From Bdellovibrionales bacterium (GTDB taxonomy: Bacteria > Bdellovibrionota > Bdellovibrionia > Bdellovibrionales > UBA1609), in the NCBI GenBank assembly GCA_965219095.1, contig OZ244719.1, positions 1 to 64,000 on the forward strand: DNA of 64,000 nucleotides, given 5' to 3'. Every line of letters begins with the position of its first letter. Position 1 is the stretch's first letter. A program made the position numbers and the translations under genes. Under the pieces are notes generated by a model, which saw nothing but the letters and a program-made list of their open reading frames with translations, had not been told where the DNA came from and made no database searches. Of this stretch, positions 53,794-64,000 are shown piece after piece.

Positions 53794-55455
53794 AGCTTAA
53801 CTCCTTATTATGTAAAGCTGAGCCTCTAAGACTGTAAAAAAATTTAAAAGGTAACAAAAATTGTCACCTACTCCTTTAAACTTAGTTTTCCAGTCTGGCC
53901 TTGTTTTTGTTTTCATAATCATTAAAAGGAGTCTATCATAAGAAGTTAAAAAACACAAACTATTTTTTTAAAACTATAAAAACTGTATAAACTTTTTATA
54001 GTAATATAATTTTTTCATACTTAAGCTTCTTATAAAACTTAAAGAAGATTTAGAATCTTCTTTTGAAAATTTCCCTTTAAACTTCTATGAAAAAGAAAAT
54101 ATGGATGACCAATATTTTTGAAAAGCTGGGACTTAAAAACCCTGATTAGAAGAGTTAGACTCATCTAAGAAGTAAACTCATAAAAAGGAGCTTACTATTA
54201 ACAACAAAAAAGGAGGTCATCCGTAAGTCGGTTTCTTAACAACCCTTGACTTCTACTGAGGAGGATATTTCTTAGATTTTAAAGAAGAATAAGAGCCACA
54301 TTTTGATCTGCTATCTTTTTTTGTGATAGTTCCTAAGAATTTATCTCTGATGCCTTTAGCTCCTTATAGTCCAGAATTAAATCCCATGGAACAAGTCTGG
54401 CAACAATTACGAAGGATCAAATTATCGAATGCATGTTTTAAAAACTATGACCATATAGTGAATACTTGTTGTGAGGCCTGGAATACTTTTTGCGATCAGG
54501 AGGGTAGGATTAAAAAATTATGCACTCGATCTTGAGCAAAACAACAAGATGAATCAAGCTTGTAAATTAATTTGAACCTATAAATTAAATTGTGTAACTG
54601 ATTTTTTTCATTTTAAATTTTAACCTCACTTTTTTTCACTTATTTTAACCCATCAATCGATTTACACAACAAATAGATATACCTGAAATAAACATATCTT
54701 ATGAAAACTTAATCTCCCCTCAAAAAAAATTCTTTTAAAACCTCCTAATTGAAGCTTTTCCTTAAGTCAATTTTAAAATTTTAAATTTGAACATAAAAAT
54801 GTCGAATTAATTTCTGTAATTGGCATCATGAGCTGACAAAAAAATGCCCTTCCGGGGAGATTGAGAGTCTGATTCCAATTTTAATGGATGCTCAAGTTGA
54901 CCTTAACCCTCATCAAGTTGAAGCTGCCCTTTTTGCTTTCAAGTCCCCTCTCTCAAAAGGTGTTATTTTAGCGGATGAAGTAGGTTTAGGAAAAACTATT
55001 GAGGCAGGAATTTTACTTTCTCAAAAATGGGCTGAGAGAAAAAGAAAAATTTTAATTATTGTACCCTCTAGTTTAAGAAAGCAATGGAATAGAGAACTTT
55101 TAGAAAAATTCTTTCTTCCGTCTTTTATTTTAGAAACAAAATCTTTTAATCAAAATCTTAAAGATGATAATAACAATCCATTCGATCAAAACAACAAAGT
55201 CGTTATAGCCTCTTATCAGTTTGTAAGAAATAAAGCAGATTATGCAAAACTAATTCAATGGGATTTAGTTGTTATTGATGAAGCTCACAGATTAAGAAAT
55301 GTCTATAAAGAGGATAATAAGATTGCCCGTTGCCTTAGGGACACATTTCAAGAAATTCCAAAAATTCTATTAACAGCCACGCCTCTACAAAATTCACTTA
55401 TGGAGTTATATGGTTTAACAGACTTTAAAACAATTCAAAAAGGAAGTTTTAAAAT

Positions 55456-56340
55456 ATGGCAAAAAAGAAAAGAAAATTAAAAGCTGTAAAAAGTCAGAAA
55501 AAAATATTTTCTGATATTACAAAACTTATTCAACAAGCAAGAGGTTACTCTGTTCGTTCAATAAATTCTATTATGACAGCTACTTATTGGGAAATAGGTC
55601 GTAAAATTATAGAAGTTGAACAAGGAGGTAAAAATAAGGCTAAATATGGAACAGAGCTTATAAGTGAACTATCTTTACACTTAAACTAAGAATTATGAAA
55701 AAGGCTTTAGCAAAAGAAATTTGCATAATTTTTGTAAATTCTACTTATCTCGTCCTAAGATTGTGCAGACAGTGTCTGCACAATCTCTTAATTCATTGAA
55801 AACAATGGGTTTTCAAAAGTTTCTTCAGGAGTTTTCTACTCATTTTCCATTACCTTGGTCAGCTTATGTTCGCCTAATGTCTGTGCAGAATAAAGAAGCT
55901 CAAAAATTCTATGAAGATGAAGCCCTTAGAGGAGGATGGTCTGTTCGTCAACTCGACAGGCAAATTCAATCTGCTTTTTTTGAAAGGACGCTTCTTTCAA
56001 AAAATAAGGTCGCTATGCTTACAAAAGGCACGAGGGCAAAACCTGAAGATAAAATGACTCCCGAGGAAGCCATTAAAGACCCTTACGTCTTAGAGTTTCT
56101 TAACCTCAAGGATGAGTATTCTGAAAAAGAATTAGAAGAAAACCTTATCCAACACCTAGAGTCTTTTTTATTAGAACTTGGAGGTGATTTTACTTTTATC
56201 GGAAGACAAAAGCGTCTTCGTCTTGATGACAGTTGGTTTCGTGTAGATTTGATTTTCTATCATCGTGTTTTAAAATGTCTTATTATCATTGATCTTAAAA
56301 TTGGAGAATTTAGTTGTGCAGATGTTGGTCAAATGAACAT
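55456..56340 (+). pseudogene. YhcG/DUF1016 PD-(D/E)xK nuclease-family gene, frameshifted and truncated
   Basis: YWEIGRKI.EVEQGG, WSVRQLDRQI, IKDPYVLEFL, LLELGGDF, IDLK, GQMN; +1 frameshift near 55685. Confidence 0.88.
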
Positions 56341-56509
56341 GTCGTGCTTTCCAATCAAGTCTAAACTATTGAAATCATTAAAAACGAAACAATTATAATA
56401 ACTTAATAATCCTACATGTTCCCAATGACTCCTACGACTTCCTCTAAACTCCCATTTTATTTTACATAAAGCTTGCACAAATTTTGGTCGGAGCATGTCC
56501 TATCGACTA

Positions 56510-56552
56510 TGATCTTCTCCAAAAAACTGTCTACTTTTTTGGGGGAAGTTCA
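56510..56552. mobile_element. 43-bp IS3-like (TG...CA) hairpin scar
   Basis: Near-identical reverse complement of 62326-62369; half copy at ~51718-51740. Confidence 0.7.
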
Positions 56553-59500
56553 GACAGTGCTTTTTTCTTACATAGCTTCTTACATGAACATCAAGCTCTC
56601 CTGACACGTCTTGAATCTTTAATTCCTCCCACTCACTGTCCTTAGGATAACCATACTGCTGTGCTATATCAGAAAGCTCTTCGTCTGTGAGCTTATGATC
56701 TACTTTTATCTCTTCTAAATCCTTCATCTCCTCTTCTTTAGGAGCAGGAACTAAACTCTCAGATTCAAGCAGAATTTTCTTTTTAAGCTTCTTTCTACTA
56801 CGAGAAGATAGTTTTCTTTTTTCACTGGATTTTCCAAACACTATTTTCTTGAACTTATTAAGTAGCTCATCATTAAAAAGCTTTAATTGATCTTCTTGAG
56901 CCTTTTTCTTCTTAAGCTCATTTAACTCTCCTTTTAAAAGTTTAATTTCTTTTTTATAAAGGTGAATGAATTCATTGAAAATCAACTTTACATTTTCCGT
57001 GTCTTTTTCCTCTCGAACAAACGAAGGAAGATGTTTGTATTCAGGTTTTTCGCTTTTTTTTAAATAAGGAAAAAGACTCATCTGCATACATTAATGTCAA
57101 CACGTCTTTTTTTGTTTTGCAAGCTTTTTTTTAAAAAAATAATCTAAAAAAATTATCTTTTCTTAAGCTCGTACTTTCTTAAAATCGAACCATGAACTAA
57201 AAGCTTAAGCTCACTCCTTGTTAACTCGGGAGAACTTAAATCACTTAAACTCATAAACCTTTTTTTCTCCATCCTCTTTGTTAGTAAAATAAGACCACTA
57301 CCATCATAGAACAGACCTTTTAATCTCCTTCTATTAAAACCTAGAAAGAGATAAAGATCTCCCAAGTTGATCTCTCCTTTCATTTCACTTCTTACTAGAT
57401 ACCTAAATTTTTGGCCAAAAGTATACACTAGGTTTTCAAGAAAGCATTATGTGATTCTTTAAAATTTTTGGGTCCACCGATTTCAATATCTGTTCTTGAG
57501 TTTTGTTAAGAGTTACGGTTCTAGTAAATTTATGTTTTTTACGGTTATCTGATAGATAAACGTTGTACATAGTTTCTAAGTTTTCAATTGCTTTTTCTGG
57601 CGACATATTTATGCCCTTAGATTTTAGATTTAGTTTAAGGATAGATAATATGAGATAAGATAAATAGCAGATAAAAACATGTGACTTGACTCTCTTATTT
57701 AACCAAAATCTAATAGGGCGTACATTTGAAATACCTTTTAAAGTTTTGAAAGCTCTTTCAATGATCTCTTTGTCAAAATACAATCTCACCATTTCTTTGT
57801 CGGAGATCTTCTTCGTAGAAAATATACACGAGTATCCATCAAGCTCCTCATCTTTCTTTAACACATCAGTTCTTATTCTTCCCCTGGGAGTCAAGTGCTT
57901 TCTAAGTCCTTCTTCAATTTTTTTATTTTTATTTATTAACTCCTGAGCATTTAGAATCCTTTTCCTCCTTGACTCTGTGATTTCTGTTTTTTTAGATTCA
58001 TTATAGCAGATGACAAGCTTTCCTTTAATCGATCCGAATGAATGAGGTATACCTTTAACGTAAAAAATACTTTCTCCAATTGTCACCATATTTGAAATAT
58101 TATTTATAGAATCATTCTTTATAGTTCGTCTTATGATAGCTTTTTCTTTTTCTCGCATAGGCAAGCCACACAACGTGTGCCAGCCTAAATCCCCTATGAA
58201 ATCAATGTTTTTCTCGGATACTATGCCTCGATCATAGATGAGTAGTCCAGACTGAAGACTGTGTTGAGAAAAATTATTGGAAACGTCCGCTAGAGTTTTA
58301 CTGTCATGGATATTTCCATCAAAGGTTTTGTGGAATACTGGAATTCCGTCCTTTTGAGTCGTTGCAAGTGCTATTTGGATAAGATCATTTTGTCGACGCC
58401 CATCTTTACTTCTTTCCACTTTCCCCATAACACAATGCTTCCCATAAAAATAAGTGTTTGTTAGATCATATACTATTCCTTTAGAGTCCAACCTATACAT
58501 CTTTTTTACGTTGCTAAAAATAGACCTTTGATAAATCTCTATTTGATCATCATTTATACTATCCATTGCTTTAACTAATCGAGCTTCCGTTAGATTTCCT
58601 AAATCTAAAAGAAGATTTAAGTCTGTCCTCTCGTACCATTTTGGCATATTACGTACACTTCTATAATCCATACAGTGGGCATAAATCATACTGAGAATCT
58701 CATCAGAATATTCACCTAAAATTTCTGGAAGTTTAATTTTTTTTGAGATACTATGGAATAGTAAAAGGGGGCCATATACCTTAACTCCATCCACTTGGAG
58801 ATCTTTTGATGAGAGAGAAAGCACAACTTCTCCATTAATCTCTTTTCCAATATAACGAATATGCTTTTGAACCGATTTCCCATTGATCCATTTGCTCTCA
58901 ACTTCAGCCAAATAAACTTGTCCATCCTTCTTTTTTATTCTTCTAATGAAACTCATCGCATATCCTCCTAGCAATCCTGCTGTATATATTATACATCAGG
59001 ATTAAGCATAGGCAAGAGTATTTATCTCTAAAAATTCTATAAAATCCTACTTTTTACGAGGGGGAATAAGAAATTTTCCAGATTCTGAGCAGAACTTAAA
59101 TCCTAGTGTATATTTTTTGTCGGGAATTTAGGTAGATAACTTAACCTCTCAAAACTCCATCGCATGTCTATCTTTTGAGAGCAGACAAAAATACGGTAGC
59201 CTTCAGATAAAAAAATCATAAATTTCTCACTAATTCTAAAACCTCTTCCCAACCTAGACCCTTTAAGACTAAGACCTTCTCTTTCATCACATGACTTTTC
59301 CTTTTTCAAAGAGACGGCCTTAAAAAGGGATTTCTTGTGAGAAAGTGTTGAAACATTGGACTTCTTCCAGTTATTGATTGTAGAAGGGCTGACTTTTGCT
59401 TCTTTACAAAATTTAGAAATCTTCTCCTCTTTCAAAAAATCTAGAATCTCTATCTTAAGTGCTTCTGGGTAGCGGATAAGCTTCTTTTTGGAATTCTTCT

Positions 59501-59618
59501 CTCGATAAAGCTGTATCCTCTTTTTTAAATTAATCCCTTCTTCCATAAAATTCCCCCTCTAAGAAAAACTTATAAGAGAGATTTAAACTTGGATAGGGCG
59601 GTCAGATAACCGAGTTAC
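56553..59618 (-). mobile_element. IS66 element (tnpA ~59546, tnpB 59219-57153 interrupted, tnpC 57087 truncated)
   Basis: End GTAACTCGG; TnpB motifs IDMRWSFERL and LFYDGSG restored by removing IS1634; TnpC FGKSSEK. Confidence 0.88.
57402..59132 (-). mobile_element. IS1634-family IS (intact transposase 57436-58974) nested in IS66 tnpB
   Basis: YDLTNTYF, YDRG, IERAFKTLK, SHVFICYLSY; 31-bp imperfect TIRs CCTAAATT...; 6-bp TSD TAGATA. Confidence 0.93.
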
Positions 59619-59694
59619 GGCCTATTCATTAGGTGAGGGGAAATATTTTTTCATCTTCCTTTTATTTTTTTTAACTTTCCCTTACAATCACACT

Positions 59695-61827
59695 ATGAAT
59701 CTAAAAAAAATAGCCCTCTTTCTTGTTATTTTATTTTTAATTTTTTCATTCTTCCATTTTGAGCTTTTTCAGTACTTTAGTTTAGAATTTGTAAAAGAAC
59801 ATAAACTCAGCTTTCAAAATCATTATGACAAACATCCTTTCAAAACCCTTTTTCTCTACTTAGTGATTTATATTTTAATAACAGCTCTCAATCTTCCTGC
59901 AGCAACTCTTCTGACTCTTTTAGGAGGTGCTTTGTTTGGTTTTGTAGTAGGAGTTGTACTCGTATCACTAGGAAGCACTATAGGCGCTACCTTAGCTTTT
60001 TTAAGTTCTCGATTTTTACTAAAGGATTGGGTGGAATCAAAATTTAAAACACAGATTGAAACAATCAACAAAAACATCAAAAAAGAAGGGGCTTTTTATC
60101 TGTTCACTTTAAGAGTCATTCCCTTAGTACCCTTTTTCGTAATTAACCTGGTTATGGGACTCACCTCTATGAAAATGCTGACGTTTTTCTTTGTAAGCCA
60201 AATAGGAATGCTCTTAGGCACTCTTGTGTATGTAAATGCAGGAACTCAATTAGGACAAATTGAATCATTGAACGACATTTTATCTTTTAAACTCTTCTTA
60301 TCTTTTGTTCTGTTAGGAATCTTTCCTTTTCTTATAAAAAAAGCTATAAATTTTTACAAATCTCCTTTAAGAAAATACAAAAAACCTCCCTTCTTTGATT
60401 ACAATCTTGTAGTTATAGGAGCAGGGGCCGGTGGGCTTGTGACAAGTTATATTAGTGCTATGACAAAAGCTAAAGTGGCCCTTATTGAAAAACACAAAAT
60501 GGGTGGAGATTGTTTGAACACAGGCTGTGTCCCCAGCAAAACTCTTATTCGTTCTTCTAAGTTTATCAAAGATGCCAAACAACATAAATCTTTAGGTTTT
60601 TCATCCATCACAATGGATTTTGAATTTGCTGATATTATGGAAAGAATAAAACGGGTGATCAAAACTATTGAACCTCATGACAGTTTAGAACGTTATCGTA
60701 ATTTAGGTGTAGAATGTCTTTCTGGGAAAGCCTATGTCAAATCACCTTACGAAGTTGAAATAGATGGGAAAACACTTTTCACAAAAAATATTGTGATTGC
60801 TACAGGGGCTAGTCCTTTGGTCCCTCCTTTAGAGGGCTTAAAAGATATTAATTATCTGACCTCAAATACGCTTTGGGATTTAAAAACACTTCCTCAAAAA
60901 CTCCTTATCTTAGGAGGAGGTCCTATCGGCTGTGAATTAGCTCAAGCCTTTCATCGTTTAGGAAGTGAAGTGGTTATTGTGGAAAAAGCGGATAGACTTC
61001 TTATGAAAGAAGACAAGGACGTAAGCTGTCACATTTTGCAGACTTTTAAAAAAGAGGGTCTAACAGTTTTCTTAAATCATAGAGCTCAAAAATTTTCTCA
61101 AAAAACCCTTGAATGTGTAAATGAAGTGACAAAAAAATCTTTTTACATCACTTTCGATAAAGTGATTTTAGCTCTAGGAAGAAAGGCTTCTGTGAAAGGT
61201 TTCGGCTTAGAAGAACTAGGTCTTGAGTTAAATCAAAGACAAGAAATCCAAGTTAATGAATACCTGCAAACTAACTATCCTAACATTTATGCTTGTGGAG
61301 ATGTTAGCTCTACAGGTTATCAATTCACTCATACAGCAGCTCATGAGGCTTGGTACTGCGCTGTTAATTCCATGATAAGCCCTTTTTATAAATTCAAAGC
61401 CCGTTTTAAAGCCATACCTTGGTGTACCTATACTGATCCAGAAGTAGCACGTGTGGGACTTAATGAACAGGACGCCTTAAGTCAAAACATATCCTATGAG
61501 GCGACAACTTACCCTCTTGATAATCTAGATAGAGCAATCACAGATGAAGCTCAGTACGGTTTCATTAAAGTTTTAACAGAGCCCAAGAAAGATAAAATTT
61601 TAGGCGTTACCCTTGTAGGAGTTCATGCTGGTGATATCATAGCTGAATACGTGTTAGCTATGAATCATAAATTAGGTCTTAATAAAATTCTTTCCACAGT
61701 TCACACTTATCCCACCCTCTCAGAGGCTAACAAATTTGTGGCAGGAGAATGGAAGAAAAAACAACTCAAGCCTCAAGTCCTCTTATGGGCAGAACGTATC
61801 CATAAATTCCGAAGAAAAGTTTTTTGA
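59695..61827 (+). CDS. TVP38/DedA-like membrane domain fused to pyridine nucleotide-disulfide oxidoreductase
   Basis: LRVIPLVPFFVIN; IGAGAGG; GGDCLNTGCVPSK; HTYPTLSE. Confidence 0.9.
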   Translation: MNLKKIALFLVILFLIFSFFHFELFQYFSLEFVKEHKLSFQNHYDKHPFKTLFLYLVIYILITALNLPAATLLTLLGGALFGFVVGVVLVSLGSTIGATLAFLSSRFLLKDWVESKFKTQIETINKNIKKEGAFYLFTLRVIPLVPFFVINLVMGLTSMKMLTFFFVSQIGMLLGTLVYVNAGTQLGQIESLNDILSFKLFLSFVLLGIFPFLIKKAINFYKSPLRKYKKPPFFDYNLVVIGAGAGGLVTSYISAMTKAKVALIEKHKMGGDCLNTGCVPSKTLIRSSKFIKDAKQHKSLGFSSITMDFEFADIMERIKRVIKTIEPHDSLERYRNLGVECLSGKAYVKSPYEVEIDGKTLFTKNIVIATGASPLVPPLEGLKDINYLTSNTLWDLKTLPQKLLILGGGPIGCELAQAFHRLGSEVVIVEKADRLLMKEDKDVSCHILQTFKKEGLTVFLNHRAQKFSQKTLECVNEVTKKSFYITFDKVILALGRKASVKGFGLEELGLELNQRQEIQVNEYLQTNYPNIYACGDVSSTGYQFTHTAAHEAWYCAVNSMISPFYKFKARFKAIPWCTYTDPEVARVGLNEQDALSQNISYEATTYPLDNLDRAITDEAQYGFIKVLTEPKKDKILGVTLVGVHAGDIIAEYVLAMNHKLGLNKILSTVHTYPTLSEANKFVAGEWKKKQLKPQVLLWAERIHKFRRKVF

Positions 61828-61927
61828 GCCTTCGTATGTGTGCTTTAAAAATCAAAAAAGAAGCTTGTTTAAGGTTCTAAGCAGCTTTTAAATTAGGTTT
61901 GCGTATTATGAAGAGGTCTGATAAAAG

Positions 61928-62089
61928 CTAAAGTCTCCTAGGATGATCCAAACTGATAGAGCCATATTGAGGAAAAATCCTTTCTATAAGAGAGGATTTG
62001 CCAGTTTGTCTAGCACCTGTTAAAAGAACACAGGGGCGCTTTAAAGCAGCTTCTTGAATTTGTTTTGAAATTTCCCTTGGAATCCACAT
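61928..62089 (-). pseudogene. Truncated AAA_14/DUF4143 ATPase paralog
   Basis: Manual translation MWIPREISKQIQEAALKRPCVLLTGARQTGKSSL..., stops after 53 aa. Confidence 0.8.
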
Positions 62090-62325
62090 ATACGTATATT
62101 TTAAACTAAAACTTCAAATAATTCAAACTTCAATTTCAAATTATACGTACTCTGACCTTATTAACCCGAGTTTCGACTTTTATATATTGCTCAGAGGCCC
62201 CTGTTCTTGAGTTTTAAGTTGAATGGAGGGTTTTTTAGGTTTTAAACAATAGGAGTGAGAGTACCTAAAAGATTGATGACAAAGTTTTGTGGGCTACGAT
62301 GGCGAGAATGCTCAAGATGAAACTC

Positions 62326-62369
62326 TGAACTTCCCCCAAAAAAGTGGACAGTTTTTTGGGGGAAGATCA
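62326..62369. mobile_element. 44-bp IS3-like hairpin scar
   Basis: TGAACTTCCCCCAAAAAA-GTGGACAG-TTTTTTGGGGGAAGATCA. Confidence 0.7.
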
Positions 62370-62752
62370 GTATAACTCTCCAGAGGAACTTCCTCTTTGT
62401 TTTTTCTAAGACGAGGACGTTGAACTCTTATCCTCTGTCCTTGAAGAATAACAGATCCTTTCCCACTTCCTCCTCTGTGACAGAGACCCTCTGACTTTTT
62501 GTGGGAAAAGGGCTTTCCGCAGAGTCTTTTTACTTCCTCTTGGAAAAGATCATGGACTAATTTCAGCGCTGCTCCTTCAAGCTGCATAGCAATAAGCTGG
62601 CGAATCTTCTCATGTTTATTTTTTACCATTTGTAACTGGAATTGATATTGTGTATCTTTCATTTGGGGCTCCTTTTTGGTTTGTTTATAATACCCTGAGT
62701 TTAGCTCAGGGGAGCCCCTTCTTCAAACCCTAACGACTTTACGGACAATCTC
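62370..62752 (-). mobile_element. IS256-family left-end remnant (transposase N-terminus from 62662)
   Basis: EEVKRLCG, HRGG, VQRPRLR...EVPLESY; end GAGATTGTCCGTAAAG. Confidence 0.8.
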
Positions 62753-62827
62753 TATCAACCTCATATCCGCGTGCTGGTTAACGGTAAATCAAAAAGCCAG
62801 GAGGCTATGCGTTAAAAGAACGTCGAA

Positions 62828-64000
62828 TTAATTTTTGGAAATGGTATTAGATTCCAGTTCTTTGACTTTTTCATAAAGAAAAGAAGCTTTAACTTTTTCC
62901 GGAGGTATGCTTTCTCCTACATTTAAAATGACTTTTTTCCAAAGCATCCAAGGAAATCGCCTCATCAGATGTACAGGGTTAAGACTAAAGAGGCTTTTCC
63001 AAAGACCGGATAATGCCATAGGTATAACAGGAACGGGGCTTTCTTTAATAAGACGTTCAATGCCGGGACGAAATTTATTCATCTTACCATCATGTGTAAG
63101 GCATCCTTCAGGAAAAACACAAACAATATGTCCGGCCTTTAGCTCCTCTTTCATTGTTTCAAAAGCTTTTTCCATAACTTTTGAATCTTCTTTAACTTTT
63201 GCAATAGGAATCACTTTAGCGGCCTTAAAAATAAAATTTATAAAAGACAGTTTAAAGATCTTATAATTCATAACAAACCGAACAGGTCTTCGACAAGCAC
63301 TTGCTATAAAAAGCCAATCTACGTAAGTAACATGATTACAGACGAGAATAGCCGGCCCTTTAAAGACGAAATTTTCCTCATTTTTAACTCTAAATTTGTA
63401 AACAATTTTAGTCAGTATCCAAGCTAAAAAACGAAGGAAGAATTCTGGTATGAATTTGCAGATAAAAAATGCAACCCCTAAATTTAAAACAGCTAAGACA
63501 AAGAAGATTTGAGGAGGAGTAAAATTGAAATGGTAAAGAAATATAAGAAAAAAGGATGAAATAATTATAGCAATAGCGTTGAGAATGTTATTGCAAGAGA
63601 TCATACGCGACACTTCTTGCTTTTTACATGAAGACTGTATAAGAGTATTAAGGGGTATAATATAAAATCCTGCAAATATAGATAACAAAAATAAATTGAT
63701 ACTTATGAAAAAGCCATGAAAGCTTTGTAAAAAGTCTAGAACACCATAGGTTATGGAGCCTACAGCTTTAGGTTTACCTATGAAATAAAGACCAAGAGTA
63801 AATAAACTCATCCCTATGGAACCTAAAGGTGTAAGGCCTATTTCTAGCCTTCTTCCAGAGAAAAGTTTGCATAAAAGTGATCCTATTCCTACACCTATAG
63901 AAAAAAGAGTAAGAAAATAAGTCACTGTGTATTCATTGACATTCAATGTATGTTTCCCATAATGAGGTAAAAGAGCCAGCATACAAGCTCCTAGAAACCA
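62828..64000 (-). CDS. MFS transporter / acyltransferase fusion (LplT-Aas-like), 5' end outside window
   Basis: TM helices followed by CNHVTYVDW, FPEG, PVPVIPMAL. Confidence 0.9.
   Translation of the reverse strand, partial: WFLGACMLALLPHYGKHTLNVNEYTVTYFLTLFSIGVGIGSLLCKLFSGRRLEIGLTPLGSIGMSLFTLGLYFIGKPKAVGSITYGVLDFLQSFHGFFISINLFLLSIFAGFYIIPLNTLIQSSCKKQEVSRMISCNNILNAIAIIISSFFLIFLYHFNFTPPQIFFVLAVLNLGVAFFICKFIPEFFLRFLAWILTKIVYKFRVKNEENFVFKGPAILVCNHVTYVDWLFIASACRRPVRFVMNYKIFKLSFINFIFKAAKVIPIAKVKEDSKVMEKAFETMKEELKAGHIVCVFPEGCLTHDGKMNKFRPGIERLIKESPVPVIPMALSGLWKSLFSLNPVHLMRRFPWMLWKKVILNVGESIPPEKVKASFLYEKVKELESNTISKN

Larger units (their letters stand above)
52008..54825 (+). mobile_element. IS630-type element with passenger gene
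   Basis: 28-bp imperfect TIRs TACCATTTCCAAAAATTAATTCGACATT / AATGTCGAATTAATTTCTGTAATTGGCA; 3-bp duplication TCA; transposase N-terminus 52094-52306 and C-terminus 54323-54535 (LAPYSPELNPMEQVW). Confidence 0.85.
51970..55480 (+). pseudogene. SNF2-family helicase, split by a 2.8-kb insertion and C-terminally truncated
   Basis: MQITDYHAKYFAH (51970-52008) joins in frame to ELTKKCPSGEIESLIPILMDAQVDLNPHQ (54830 onward); LADEVGLGKT, DEAH, LTATP; only ~230 aa remain. Confidence 0.88.

Noticed and set aside
59695..61827. Mercuric reductase (merA) call
   Set aside because: No C-terminal Cys-Cys pair or metal-binding domain and no mer genes nearby; this membrane-domain fusion is a known widespread type.
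5577..63266. Short antisense or overlapping ORFs in the track (e.g. 5577-5870, 17400-17624, 30258-30667, 57686-57946, 62907-63266)
   Set aside because: Shadow ORFs opposite well-supported genes, with no motifs or RBS.

Overview
AT-rich (roughly one third GC by eye) bacterial chromosome window, probably Bdellovibrionota-like. That assignment is inferred from the pilB-pilT-pilC-pilS-pilR order, an extra SPOUT methyltransferase between trmD and rplS, a mevalonate-pathway gene fragment and the tmRNA tag GNEYTFAA. Intact housekeeping blocks (hutU; leuS; type IV pilus operon; ribF-secA-rnhB-rplS-trmD-rimM-khpA-rpsP; ffh; nhaA; lipid genes; serA; tmRNA) alternate with dense insertion-sequence graveyards (ISL3, IS630, IS66, IS1634, IS5, IS256, ISAzo13, IS3-like ends) and pseudogenes. 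Main observations: (1) two unrelated, probably exported tandem-repeat proteins, an ankyrin array and an 8-bladed PQQ-type propeller 44 kb apart, share one ~300-bp upstream cassette with a sigma-54 -24/-12 motif and a palindromic enhancer-like site; (2) the propeller gene plus this cassette lies inside an IS630-type element whose two ends split a SNF2 helicase gene of a decayed tmRNA-linked island; (3) an inverted copy of the tmRNA 3' end flanked by inverted arm-type repeats lies just downstream of tmRNA; (4) the tmRNA has a compensated D-loop/T-loop swap; (5) several IS families have collapsed to 43-73 bp hairpin scars, some keeping their target-site duplications. No CRISPR array, rRNA, tRNA, integrase or reverse transcriptase was recognised. 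All family calls are by motif recognition, not database search.
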